From positions 1,178,001-1,242,000 of the forward strand of contig JAPDFW010000063.1 in assembly GCA_028826165.1 (NCBI GenBank): a stretch of DNA of 64,000 nt, written 5' to 3'. This document shows, in pieces, positions 25,901-37,900 of this stretch. The position numbers were made by a program, and so were the translations under genes. Under the pieces are notes generated by a model. That model had not been told where the DNA came from. It saw only the letters and a program-made list of their open reading frames with translations, and did not search any database. Positions within the stretch are counted from its first letter, which is position 1; every line of letters begins with the position of its first letter. Source of the DNA: Anaeramoeba ignava BMAN (lineage: Eukaryota; Protista; Anaeramoebae).

Positions 25901-26926
25901 AAACTAAGCGACATAATTCAGAAAAACAACGGAACATGGTACGACGCATGGACTATTGATTCCAAAATGAAAACAATTATTGATAACGATATCCAAAAAA
26001 ACAACACAAATTGGCCATATTATATAAGCATGTTTAATAATCTTTTCACAATCAAGCACAAAAATTGGCATGATACATGGGTTTTAGATGTCTATGACTC
26101 ACCGACAAAATTCCAAGTTTTTTCGCCAATTGCTCCACCTTCAATTATCAAAAAACGCAAATATGGAGCAAGAAATTTCCAGTTTGAAACATTACTTGAT
26201 AGCGATCCATTAGAAATTTCTCGGCAAATGGCACTAAGCGAGTTTTCCTATTTCAGAAAAATATTACCATTAGAAATTTACTATTGGGCCTCAATATCTG
26301 GAGATGAGCAAAAAATCACACAAGATTTCCAAGCTCAAAAAATCCCAAATATTTACGAATTCGATGTTCATTATCACAATATCATCACTTGGATTGTTTT
26401 CCATATTGTCAAGCATAGCAAGAAAAGCAAACGACTCAAAACCCTGAAAATATTTGTGGAAATTGCGGATCATTGTTTCAAAATGAAGAATTATTCAACT
26501 TTGATGCAAATTTTGGATGCTTTTAAACAAGAACCAGTTTCTCGATTAAAGCAAACTTGGATCAATATCGGAAAATATCATCGCAAAATTTTAGTCAATA
26601 TCAAAACTCACATTGAAGAACTTTATCTCAATTCTCAATACAAAAGATTTTTCAGAGAATTAACTCCTCCTTCAATTCCCTATTTGGATTTTTTCCTCAA
26701 TGATATTTTCCGTTTGCATAATTCAAAACCCATTTTCTTATCCGATTCAAAAATAAATTCGGATCGTTTCATTTCCCAATTTGATCTTATTGATATATTC
26801 ATAAAATTTCAAAGATATGAATTTCCTTTTGATTCTGTTGAGAATATTCAAAATTTCATTTCCAAAATGCCCATGGTTTCTCCACAGAAATTAATGGAGT
26901 TATCTTATATATGTGAGAAGAAATGA
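19947..26926 (+). CDS. Ankyrin-repeat RasGEF (REM + CDC25); exons 19947-20408, 23215-23628, 24248-26926
   Basis: Multiple ankyrin repeats (TPLHIAC, TALTIAS, TCLHHAT, T|PLHFAT across an intron); REM IVSGTFEVILVRLL; CDC25 DPLEISRQMAL..FVEIADHCFKMKNYSTLMQI..PVSRLKQTW..PPSIPYL. Confidence 0.85.
20480..23200. repeat. 2.7-kb intronic AT satellite, ~12-nt unit (AATATTTAATTT/AATATTTATTTT)
   Basis: Near-pure A/T tandem repeat filling intron 1 of the RasGEF gene. Confidence 0.9.
23690..24230. repeat. Intronic satellite (AAATTACTTTT/AAATTAAATTT)n
   Basis: Tandem periodicity within intron 2 of the RasGEF gene. Confidence 0.85.
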
Positions 26927-27158
26927 ATAGAAAAAAATTTTTTGTTGTTTTTTTTTATTAAATTTTGATTTCTAAATCCAAAAAAAAATTTTCAAAACAA
27001 ATTTTGAAACAAATTTTTTCTTTTTGTTTTCTTTATGTTTTCTTTATGCTTTCTTTTTGTTTTCTTTTGTTTTCTTTTATGTTTTCTTTATATTTTCTTT
27101 TGTTTTCTTTATATTTTCTTTTTATTTTCTTTTATGTTTTCTTTTTGTTTTCTTTTTG

Positions 27159-28616
27159 TTAAATTGGAACTGAAACTTGTTCAAGAATTTTTGTTATTAT
27201 TTCATTTATATTCCCTTTTAAATTATTTGACTTCAATTGAATTCTATGAGAAACAACAAACGGAACAATCATTTTTAAATGATCAGGAATAACAAAATTA
27301 AATCCATGCAATAAGGCAAAAGGCTTTACAAAACGAATCAAACAATCAGCAATTTTAAACAAAGAAGGAGAATCAAAAAGAAAGTTCCGAAATTCTTGAG
27401 AAATATCTCGACTATATTGAAGAATGTCCGAATGACAAAAAACATTTTCTGTTAATTCTCGAAATGATAAGTATTCATCAGAAGAAAAAAGAGGAGGAGA
27501 AATAAAGGTTTTCTTAATATCAACATATAATTTGCTGTGAAGCTCAACACAGAAATGGAAATAATCCCGAAAAATCCAAGGCAAATCAGATTTCTCATTT
27601 ATAATTGAAATGAGAACAAAAGGTGAAGGCAAAAATTTCTTAAAATCCTTTGCCAGTTCAAGATTTGATTTCATTGCTTTAATCAATTCATTTTGAATTT
27701 CTTCTTTTGCTAAATGTATGTTTTCCACAACTAAAACATTTGAGAAAAGTGGTTGATTTTTACCCACAAAACCAGAAATATGTGATTTTATTGCATCAAA
27801 ATTGGAAATTAAAGGGAAAAATTGTCGACTTTCATTTATTTTATCATGTGATTCAAAACCGAAATTTGTCATTTCGTTTTCATTGAAATTTACGTTATGA
27901 TTTGCTTTGCCAAATTTATTCAAATTATTTTCATTGAGATTTAAATTAAAATTTGGATCATTTTCCAAACTGAATAAATCCTCCTCCACAAAAATATCAT
28001 TTTCCTGAATAACTTCAGTCTGAACTAAGCTTTTCTCCAATTCGGAATTTTTGTTTGGAAGTTTCTCTTCAAGCTCAATTTCTTTTTGTTTTTGTTTTTC
28101 TCTCTGAGTTTGCTCGTAATTTTCAAGGAAAAATTGGTTTCCAACTTTTGATTTTTGATTTTTTTGCAAAATATTGTGTTTATAATAGTCACCATATAAA
28201 TCAGACAAAGAAGTTTTTTGAGAGCATGTTAGAACACTACAATTTTGTCCGAAAATCAAAGGGACAATCTGCTGAATAATATGAGAAAAAATTTGGTTCT
28301 GATGCTCCACATTACGTATTTTTTTTTCCATTTCTTTCTGTCTAGAAGACTTTTTTTGCAATTTGCTATCATTAAAAGTGCTATTTATAATTAGTAGATG
28401 AGATTGTGTAAGGAGACACACTAATAAAGATAATAATAAATTTGGTGGAATATTGATCATCATTTTTTCATATATTTTTTGAAGAAGTGTTCTTAATGTT
28501 AAAACATTTTGTTCTTGAATTATTTGTGGAATTTCATTAAATAAATTTGTTGTTGTTCTTTTTTGGAATGTGTTTTTTCTACTTGAAAAAGTTGAATCAA
28601 AACTTTGGAGATTCAT
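27159..28616 (-). CDS. Degenerate MoxR/RavA-like AAA+ protein (probable pseudo-ATPase)
   Basis: LLVCLLTQSHLLI, SLSDLYG, LFSNVLVVENIHLAKEEIQNELIKAM, LPSPFVLI, and lid region FALLHGFNFVIPDHLKMIVPFVVSHRI resemble MoxR; no Walker A GxxGxGKT. Confidence 0.6.
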   Translation of the reverse strand: MNLQSFDSTFSSRKNTFQKRTTTNLFNEIPQIIQEQNVLTLRTLLQKIYEKMMINIPPNLLLSLLVCLLTQSHLLIINSTFNDSKLQKKSSRQKEMEKKIRNVEHQNQIFSHIIQQIVPLIFGQNCSVLTCSQKTSLSDLYGDYYKHNILQKNQKSKVGNQFFLENYEQTQREKQKQKEIELEEKLPNKNSELEKSLVQTEVIQENDIFVEEDLFSLENDPNFNLNLNENNLNKFGKANHNVNFNENEMTNFGFESHDKINESRQFFPLISNFDAIKSHISGFVGKNQPLFSNVLVVENIHLAKEEIQNELIKAMKSNLELAKDFKKFLPSPFVLISIINEKSDLPWIFRDYFHFCVELHSKLYVDIKKTFISPPLFSSDEYLSFRELTENVFCHSDILQYSRDISQEFRNFLFDSPSLFKIADCLIRFVKPFALLHGFNFVIPDHLKMIVPFVVSHRIQLKSNNLKGNINEIITKILEQVSVPI

Positions 28617-28801
28617 TTTTTTTTTTTATAAACAAATTTTAAAAAAGAAAATTGAATTGAATTGAAAAAGAAAAAAAATGAATTTTTTATTTTGTTAAAA
28701 AAAATTTAATTAATTAAAAAAAAAAAAGTAAATAAAGAAATTTGAAGAAAAAAAAAAATCACAAATTTGTTTAATTGCGTTTTTTTTTTTGTTAAAAAAA
28801 T

Positions 28802-31800
28802 TTAATCAAAGTTTTGATTTTGATTTAGATTTTCATTTTGATTTTGATTTAAATTTTCATTTTGATTTTCATTTTGATTTTGATTTTGATTTTCATTTTG
28901 ATTTTGAATTTCATTTTGATTTTGATTTTGATTTTGATTTTGATTTTGATTTTGATTTTGATTTTGATTTAAATTTTCATTTTTAATTTGATTTTGATTT
29001 TCATTTTGATTTTGAGTTTCATTTTGATTTAAATTTTCATTTTTAATTTGATTTTGATTTTCATTTTGATTTTCATTTTGATTTTGATTTTGATTTTGAT
29101 TTTGATTTTGATTTTCATTTTGATTTTGATTTTGATTTTGATTTTGGTTTAAATTTAATTTTTGATTAAAAAGATTTTTGATTTCTTGAGGTTTCATTTT
29201 TTGTGCATTTCTTTTTTCACGATATTTTCTTGATTTAAAAATAGGATTTTTTTGAAATTTTGGAATAAAAGCATCAGATTGTTGTTTTCTTAATTTATGA
29301 TCTTCTAATTCTGAAGAAGTTGTTTCTATTAATTATAAATTTTATAAATGAATTTTAATTTTAATTTTATAAATGAATTTTTAAATAAATTTTAATTTTA
29401 TAAATGAATTTTATAAATGAATTTTATAAATGAAATGAATTTTATAAATGAATTTTATAAATGAAATGAATTTTAATTTTAATTTTAATTTTAATTTTAT
29501 AAATGAATTTTATAAATGAAATGAATTTTTAAATGAATTTTATAAATGAATTTTAAATGAATTTTAATTTTAATTTTAATTTTAATTTTAATTTTAATTT
29601 TATAAATTAATTTTATAAATGAAAATTAATTTTATAAATGAAAATGAATTTTTAATTGAATTTTAAATTTAACCTGAAGTATTCGCATTTCTTGAAAGTC
29701 TTTCAAAATCAGACATAAAAACTTCCTGAAGATCAGAATCTTGAACATTTCCAGACTTAAAAATCCTCATATCATAAACATCAGGAGAAATTTGAGGCAT
29801 ATCAGCACCAGCATTATTATTATTACAACCAGTAGTAATCTTTTCCTTAAGATCCTTAATATTTTTTTTCAATTTTTTCTTTTCTTTAGAAGATAATCCA
29901 TAAAACATTTTGGAAATATCATGTTTAGGCCAACGAAAATCAAAAAGAAGAATATTTGTTTTAAAAGACCAAGCAATAGATTGTATTGCGCTTAAATTAA
30001 ACTGATTTGAATCCATTTGTAAAGATAGTAATTTTGTTGAACGTTTTGAAATTAAATCCGCTAAGTTTTTGATCGATTCTGGCCCCATCTCATTTCCTTT
30101 AATATCAAGAGCAATCAAATTAAGTTGTTTAATTTTGGGAAAAACTTCCTTCAATTTTGTCGATAAAGCATAGCGAATATTTCCTCTTATTCGAAGATAT
30201 TCGAGTGTTGGATGCCGAAATAAATTCACTATCGCATCAGTATTTAATTTTTGGGACTTTGTTTTTTCAACATTTCGTGAAATGGAAAGTCTTTTCAAAG
30301 ATTTGTTTACAAAAATCCCCTTTTCATAATCTTTGAATAAATTGCTCATTCCTTCGACAGAAAACTTATTGTCATCAAGAATAAGTTCTTCAAGCGATTT
30401 TGAATCTGGTAATTGGCCGAAGGAATCTGAAATGAGACGTGCTCCTTTAGGTCCCAAAGAGTTGTTTCCAAGATGAAGAATAAATCCAGAATAATTTTCG
30501 TTGACTAAAACTTCAAAAACAAGCTGAGATGCAATTTGTGGAGGAATCATTACCCCTGTCAAATTAAGTTCTTGCAAAGTTCGGTTTTCTCGAACAAAAT
30601 TACACAGTGCACTTCCATGATTTTGGATCATTTTGTTATCCGAAAGATTCACGATTCTCAACGTGCATTCTGCACTGCTTTGAAGTAATGCGCTTGATAT
30701 AATCTCAAAATCAATCCCGCAATTCGAAAGATAAACCTCTTGCAGGTTTTTCTTGTTCGTTGCGGATTTCAACCACGAACTAAATCCTTGAGATCCTTGT
30801 TTTTTAAACTGGTTTTCTGATAAATTCAGATATTGCATGTTTTGATTTGTACTTTTGGAAAGATGTCCTAAAATTTTCTCTGTGATTTTTGGCGTCATCC
30901 CACAACTTGACAAATCAAGATATTGAAGCTTTCCTGAATTCTTTTCGATTCCCATTCCAAATCCGTTTTTAATTGTTGAATCAACAATTTTATTATTAGA
31001 TAAATCCAAAAAACTAATTTTGATCTCTTGATTTTTTTCAAGAGCTTTTCCAATGCTATCCAATCCATTTGGCGAGTTTGTTCCTGTTAAAATGATTTTT
31101 GTAAGCGAGCAATTCTCGTAAAGTGATTCGCTAAGTTGTGGAATTAAATCACGATTAGGGATGTTTAAACATGTTAATGTTTTAAAATATTGGTTGTATT
31201 TTAATGTTTCTACTATTGGAACAAGATCCTTTTGTGATGAAATTAAGCTGTTAAATAATGGATATGATGAAAGATCGAAATTGATTGATGTTTCTGGATC
31301 TTCATTCTGCACAATATCATTTGAAAGATAACTGATAAATTCATAAGAAACATTTGTTTGATAGAAGTTACACCAACATTTATACATTTGTATGAATCCT
31401 TCTGCGATTTTTGGTTCTAAATTTAAAATTGATTTAATAATTAATTTAATTAAATTCCATTTTCAAATATTTTTTTTTTAAAATTTCTAATTACTGAGAT
31501 CAAATGGTCCTAATCTAAATAAATTTAAAATTAAAATTCAATTCAAAATTAAAATTCATTTATAAAATTAAAATTCATTTATAAAATTAAAATTAAAATT
31601 AAAATTTTAAAATTAAAATTCATTTATAAAATTAAAATTAAAATTAAAATTATTATTAAAATTAAAATTAATTTGGAAATTAAAATTAAAAATTAAAATT
31701 AAAATTAAAATTCATTTATAAAATTAAAATTAAAATTAAAATTAAAATTAAAATTAAAATTAATTTGAAATTAAAATTAAAAATTAAAATTAAAATTAAA

Positions 31801-32534
31801 ATTAAAAATTAAAATTAAAATTAAAATTAAAATTCATTTATAAAATTAAAATTAAAATTAAAATTAAAATTAATTTGGAAATTAAAATTATTATTAAAAT
31901 TAATTTGGAAATTATTAAATTACCGATTCTCAGGCTCACTTTTAAATTCTAACATTAAATCTTTTGATAAACCTTGAGAAATCGTTAAATAACTTTTTAA
32001 TAAACTTATACAAAGTTGGTCACTTTGATCTGAATAACAATCAATAAAAAAATCTCGAAAAACAATGCAACACTTTTTTTTTGTTATTTTTCACAAATTA
32101 AAAAAATTTTTAATAACTTTCCTATTTATAATTTTCAAGAATTTAATCTTATAAATCAAAACTTACATGTAAATTATTCAAACTTAAAAGTTCTTTTAAA
32201 TTAAAAAAATTTTCATTTCGATCAATCTAAAAAATAAAAGTGCAAATTTTTTTTTGTTTTTTTTTTGTTTTTGGAAAAATATGAATATAAAAGGAATTAT
32301 AAAAATAAGCTCTTCATATAATTTAGAGCAAACCTTTAATTTAGATTCTTGTTTTTTGACTAGCGTAAAAACTCTATATTTTGTAATCACAACAAGTCGA
32401 TCTTGAATTTTATTCTTTTCGTTTTTTTCACGAATCCAAGTTAAAAATCTAAGCTTTTCATTTTTGCTTTTCATTAAATTAACAACCTTAATTCGATCTT
32501 CTACTGTTATTACTTTCATACTTGGAGCTGCCAT
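28802..32534 (-). CDS. CARMIL-like PH + leucine-rich-repeat protein; exons 32534-32334, 32226-32167, 32072-31924, 31514-31495 (20 nt), 31416-29674, 29325-28802
   Basis: N-terminal QDRLVVITKYRVF (CARMIL PH-like), EGFIQMYKCWCNFY linker, LKYNQYF, RI-like LRRs (LDLSNN, LNLSEN, LGNNSLG). All junctions are GT-AG and in frame. Confidence 0.75.
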
Positions 32535-32757
32535 TGTAATAAAAATGTAAAAAAAAAAAATGAAAAAAAAAATGAAAAAAAAAAATTTAAAAATAAAATT
32601 TAAAAATAAAAAATTTGATGGTAAATTAAATGTCAATTTCTTTATTTTCCTTTTTTAAATTTCTTTATTTATTTTCCTTTATTAAATTCTTATTGGATTT
32701 TTTTATTTAAAAAAAAAAAAGGAGAAAAAAAAATGAGAAAAAAAATATTTGATTTGA

Positions 32758-34426
32758 TCAAAGAAAATGAATTAAAATTTTTCTATAAAGAATAAAGAGA
32801 ATTGGAAGAATCAATAAGAACCATTTAATCCAAAATTTCCCTAAAATTAATAATAAAAAAAAATTAATCAAATTAATCAAAATAATCAGTTAAAAAATTT
32901 TTTCCAAAAAGAAAAAAGAAAAAACAAAAACAAAAACAAAAAAAATTCTCAATTATTTTTACATTGTGGATCTTTTTCAATTTTAGAAACTGAAAAGGTC
33001 ATATCACCGGAAGTTGAAACTAAATATCTTGAATTTTTTGAGATATTAACAGAAGAGACAAACAAAGTGTGATTTTTTCTGAACATGAATTTTGATAAAG
33101 AAGGAACTTGAAAAACGCAGACTTCACCTTCAGAAGAACCAGCAGCACATAATTTACAATTTGGTGCTAATTTCAATGAAGTTATTGGAGAATTAAAGAT
33201 TAATTGCTTTTTTGGTTTTGATAATTTTAAGGTTTTATTTTGAAGGTTTAAAGAATAAGAATAAACGAATCCATTGCTTTTTTGTCTTCCTCTTATTTTA
33301 GCAAATTGATTGACTCCAACCATTATTTTTTCTCCATCTTTTGTAAATTGGATTCCTCTGAAAACTGTTCTCGGATTTTTTTCCGGTACATTTTCTATAA
33401 GTGTTTTTCCTTCTCGATCAAATATATAAAATTTATCTGATGAACATGTTGCAATTAAATTTTTGTTTTTATTATAATCTATTGAATAAATTGTTGAGTT
33501 GTGATTTGCTTCAATTGATATATCTTTTTCAAAACTTGGAAATTTAAAAATTCGTATTTTTTTGTCATCTCCAACAATTCCAATTATTTTTTCTGATTCA
33601 TTAATAACTAATCCTTTTTGTAAATCACCTGAAAAATCTTTTTGAGTTTCTAATGTGAATTCTGATTCAACAGATAAATTAAGTGTGAAAATTTTATCTT
33701 CTTTATCTTTATCTTTTTTTTCAATTTTATCTTTTTCTTCAATTTTATCTTCAATTTTATCTTTTTTTTTATCTTTTTCTTCAATTTTATCTTCAATTTT
33801 ATCTTCAATTTTATCTTTTTCTTCAATTTTATCTTTTTCTTCAATTTTATCTTTTTCTTTTTCTTTTTCTTTTTTTTCTTTAATTTTATCTTCAATTTTA
33901 TCTTTTTATCTTCAATTTTATCTTCAATTTTATCTTCAATTTTATCTTCAATTTTATCTTCAATTTTATCTTCAATTTTATCTTCAATTTTATCTTTATC
34001 TTCAATTTTATCTTCAATTTTATCTTTTTCTTCAATTTTATCTTCAATTTTATCTTCAATTTTATCTTTTTTTTCAATTTTATCTTCAATTTTATCTTCA
34101 ATTTTATCTTTAATTTTATCAAGTTCTTTTTCTTCAATTTTGATAATTTGTATTTCATTTCCAAAACCACAAAGAATTTTTTCTTTTTCTTGTAAAGAAA
34201 TAGCATTTAAAACTGTATAATCATGAGTGTTAAAAAAACATTGTCTTTTTATTTTCATTTTATTTATATTTTTATTTGAGGAAAAATAATAAAAAAGCAT
34301 CCCATTTGGAATTCCTGTTTTAGAACGACCACCTCCTCCTCCAACAACAAAACAATTAGAAGAAATCCAACTAGAACAATATAATGGCATTTTTGTTGTT
34401 ATTTGTTTTGTTTTTTGTAAATTCAT
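32758..34426 (-). CDS. SEC12: SEC12/PREB Sar1 GEF (WD40 + C-terminal TM); frameshift within a DKIE repeat at ~33905; terminal intron
   Basis: K-loop signature VGGGGGRSKTGIPNG; WD repeats (HTLFVSSV..STSGD); last exon WKFWIKWFLLILPILFILY is a TM segment. Confidence 0.82.
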
Positions 34427-34912
34427 TTTTTTAATTAAAATTAAAAAGAAAAAAAAAGAAAAAAAATAAAAAAGTTTTTTTTTAATTAAAAAAAAAAACC
34501 CCTAATTAAAATTAAAATTAAAATTAAAATTAAAATTAAAATTAAAAATCAAAATTAAAATTAAAATTAAAATTAAAATTAAAATTAAAATTAAAAATTA
34601 AAATTAAAATTAAAAATAAAATTAAAATTAAAATTAAAATTAAAATTAAAATTGAATAAATAAAAAAAAAAAGCAAAAAAATTTTTTTTTTTTTATTCTT
34701 AATTAAAAAAAAAAAATGAAAAGATCTCTTTTAAAAAACAATTTAAAAAACAAAATTTTTTTTTTTCATTTTTCATTTTTTTTCTTTCTTTTTAATTCAA
34801 ATCAATTTAATTATTTATTTTTTTTAAAATAAATCAAATAAATCTTTTACGAAAAAATTAACCTAAATAACCTTAAAAATAAGAAAACTTTGTTATTCTT
34901 TTTTTTTTCTAA

Positions 34913-37900
34913 ATGAATCCACTTCAACAAAAAGTTGAACAATTAAAACAATTAACAACAACATTTGTCAAAAATCCTAAAAAAATTAAAAAAAAAGAAG
35001 TTGAAAATCTTTCTCAAATTTCTCAACAACTTTCAGCTGGACTTATTGAAATTGAAGAACAAAAAAAGAAACTTGAAAATGAATATGAAGAATTTAAAAA
35101 GAAATCAAGTGAACAACCAAAAGATACCCCTAAATTAAAAGAAGCTGTTTTGAAAAGTAAAAAATTTCAATCTCTATTAGCTAAAGCGAAGGAATATAAA
35201 AAGGAAAAGAAAAATTTAGAAGAAGACTTGAAAACAACTGAACAAACTACTAATTCTTTAACTGATTTTGCACAGAAACTTAAACAAGAAAAACGTAATT
35301 TTTACATTTTTTTTCCAAGAATTTTAATTTAAATATTCAAAATGATGAAAATGTCAAAATGTCCCTATTAAATATTTATGTTATTTAAATTATTGAAAAT
35401 GTCAAAATGTTCTTATTAATAATATTCGAATTAATTATTTAAATTATTAAATATTATTTAAATTAATAAATATTATTTAAATTATTAAATATTATTTAAA
35501 TTATTAAATATTATTTAAATTAATTTAAATATTATTTAAATTAATAAATATTATTTAAATTTAAATATTAAATAAATATTATTCAAATTATTAATTATTA
35601 TTTAAATTAATAAATATTATTTAAATTAATAAATATTATTTAAAATAAATATTATTTAAATTAATAAATATAATTTAAAAAAATTAAATTATTAAAATTT
35701 AAATTATTTAAATTATTAAATATTATTTAAATATTATTTTAAAATTTAAATATTATTTTAAATTTAATAAATATTATTTAAATTAATAAATATTATTTAT
35801 TTAAATTAAAAATATTATTTAAAAATAAATATTTTTAAATTATTAAATATTATTTTAAATTAATAAAAATATTTAAATTATTAAATATTTTTAAATTAAT
35901 AAATATTATTTAAAATTAAAATATTATTTAAATTAATGAAATATTATTTAAATTATTAAATATTATTTAAATTATTAAATATTATTTTAAATTTAAAATT
36001 ATTAAATAAATATTATTTAAAAATTAATAAATATTGTTTAAAATTATTTAATATTATTTATTAATAAAATTTTAAATTAAATTTTTAAATTTAAATATTA
36101 TTTAAATTTTAAATATTATTTAAAATAAATATTATTTAAATTTAAATATTATTTAAATTAATATAAATATTATTTTAAAATTAAATATTATTTTAAATTA
36201 ATAAATATTATTTAAATTAATAAATATTATTTAAAATTAATAAATATTATTTAAATTAATAAATATTATTTAAATTAATAAATATTATTTAAATTAATAA
36301 ATATTATTTAAATTATTAAATATTATTTAAATTAATAAATATTATTTAAATTAATAAATATTATTTAAATTAATAAATATTATTTAAATTAATAAATATT
36401 ATTTAAATTAATAAATATTATTTAAATTAATAAATATTATTTTAAATTAATAAATATTATTTAAATTAATATTTTTAAATAAATATTATTTTAAATTAAT
36501 AAATATTATTTAAATTATTAAATATTATTTAAATTAATAAATATTATTTAAAATAAATAATTTAAATATTAATTTAAATTAAATATTATTCAAATTATTA
36601 AATATTATTTAAATTATTAAATATTATTTAAATTAATAAATATTATTTAAATTAATAAATATTATTTAAATTAATAAATATTATTTAAATTAATAAATAT
36701 TATTTAAATTAATAAATATTATTTAAATTAATAAATATTATTCAAATTAATAAATATTATTTAAATTAATAAATATTATTTAAATTAATAAATATTATTT
36801 AAATTAATAAATATTTTTTAAAAAATTAGAAAATCTAATTGAACAAAATCAAGAGTTACAAGCAAAATTAATTAAAGCACAAACAGAAATGAAAGAAACA
36901 TCAGCAAAATTAAACAGTGCAGAAAGTCAAGTAAAACTATTCAATGTAAATGAAAAAGAGATAGTAGAACTAAGAATACAAAAAGTTTGGTTTGAAAAAT
37001 TATCAATTCAAAATACAGATTTAACAGATATTTGGGCAAAAGTTTTAATTCTAAGAAATTCAGAAATTGCTGAACAGAAAAAAGAGAAAAAACAATTATT
37101 AAAAGATGCAAATAAAGCAATTGATTTTATTTTTGATGAAGTTATTAAGAAAACATCACTTTCTACAAATCCGTTTTTAGATCAAGCAAAAGAATTTGAT
37201 TGGTTTGATTTTGGTGATAAATTATCTGATCATGAAGTTCAATTATTAATGATTGAAGATGATTCCAAAAGAAAGATTTATTATATGGTATTTTTTATAG
37301 AAAACAAAATTAACTCAAAAAATTTAAAACCGTTTTCTTTTTGTTTGTTTTTAGGTTTATTTAATACTCACTTATCAAGTTTATGAAAAAACAAAAACAG
37401 AACTTGAAACTCTTAAAAAAGAAGAAGTTGAATTGAAAAAGAAAATTACACAAAACGATGAGAAAATCAAAAAAATCAAGAAAAAGAATAAAGACTTAAA
37501 AGAAGAAGTCAAAAAATTAAAGGATTTAGAATCAAAAAATGAAGCAACTAAAATTTTGGAATATCAAAAAGAAATTGAAGAATTAAAGAAACAAAAATCA
37601 AGTGTTGAATCATTACTTCAACAAGAACAGATAGCAAATCAAAAAAATGAGAAACTTGCGAAAGATAATGATGAGAAGTATAAAAAAGCACAAAAATCAG
37701 TAGATGAAGAAAAGGAAGAGAAGGAGAAATTGAAAAAGGAATTAGAAAAATTACGAAAGGAATTAACTGAATCAAAGAACCAGAATGAAGTAAAAGAATA
37801 TATTTACAAGAAATATTCAAAAATTTATTTACAAAATATATTATAAAAATATTATTTACAAGAAATATTCAAAAATTTATTTACAAAATATATTATAAAA

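Noticed and set aside
33898-33910. Programmed frameshift or pseudogenisation of SEC12
   Set aside because: A typically essential gene; the indel lies in a homopolymer inside a DKIE tandem repeat and is most simply a consensus error.
34477-34510. Shared CCCTAATTAAAA / TTAATTAA palindromic motif in two divergent promoters (also 50241-50260)
   Set aside because: The same string occurs as an ordinary splice acceptor at ~43224; too low in complexity to support as a regulatory site.
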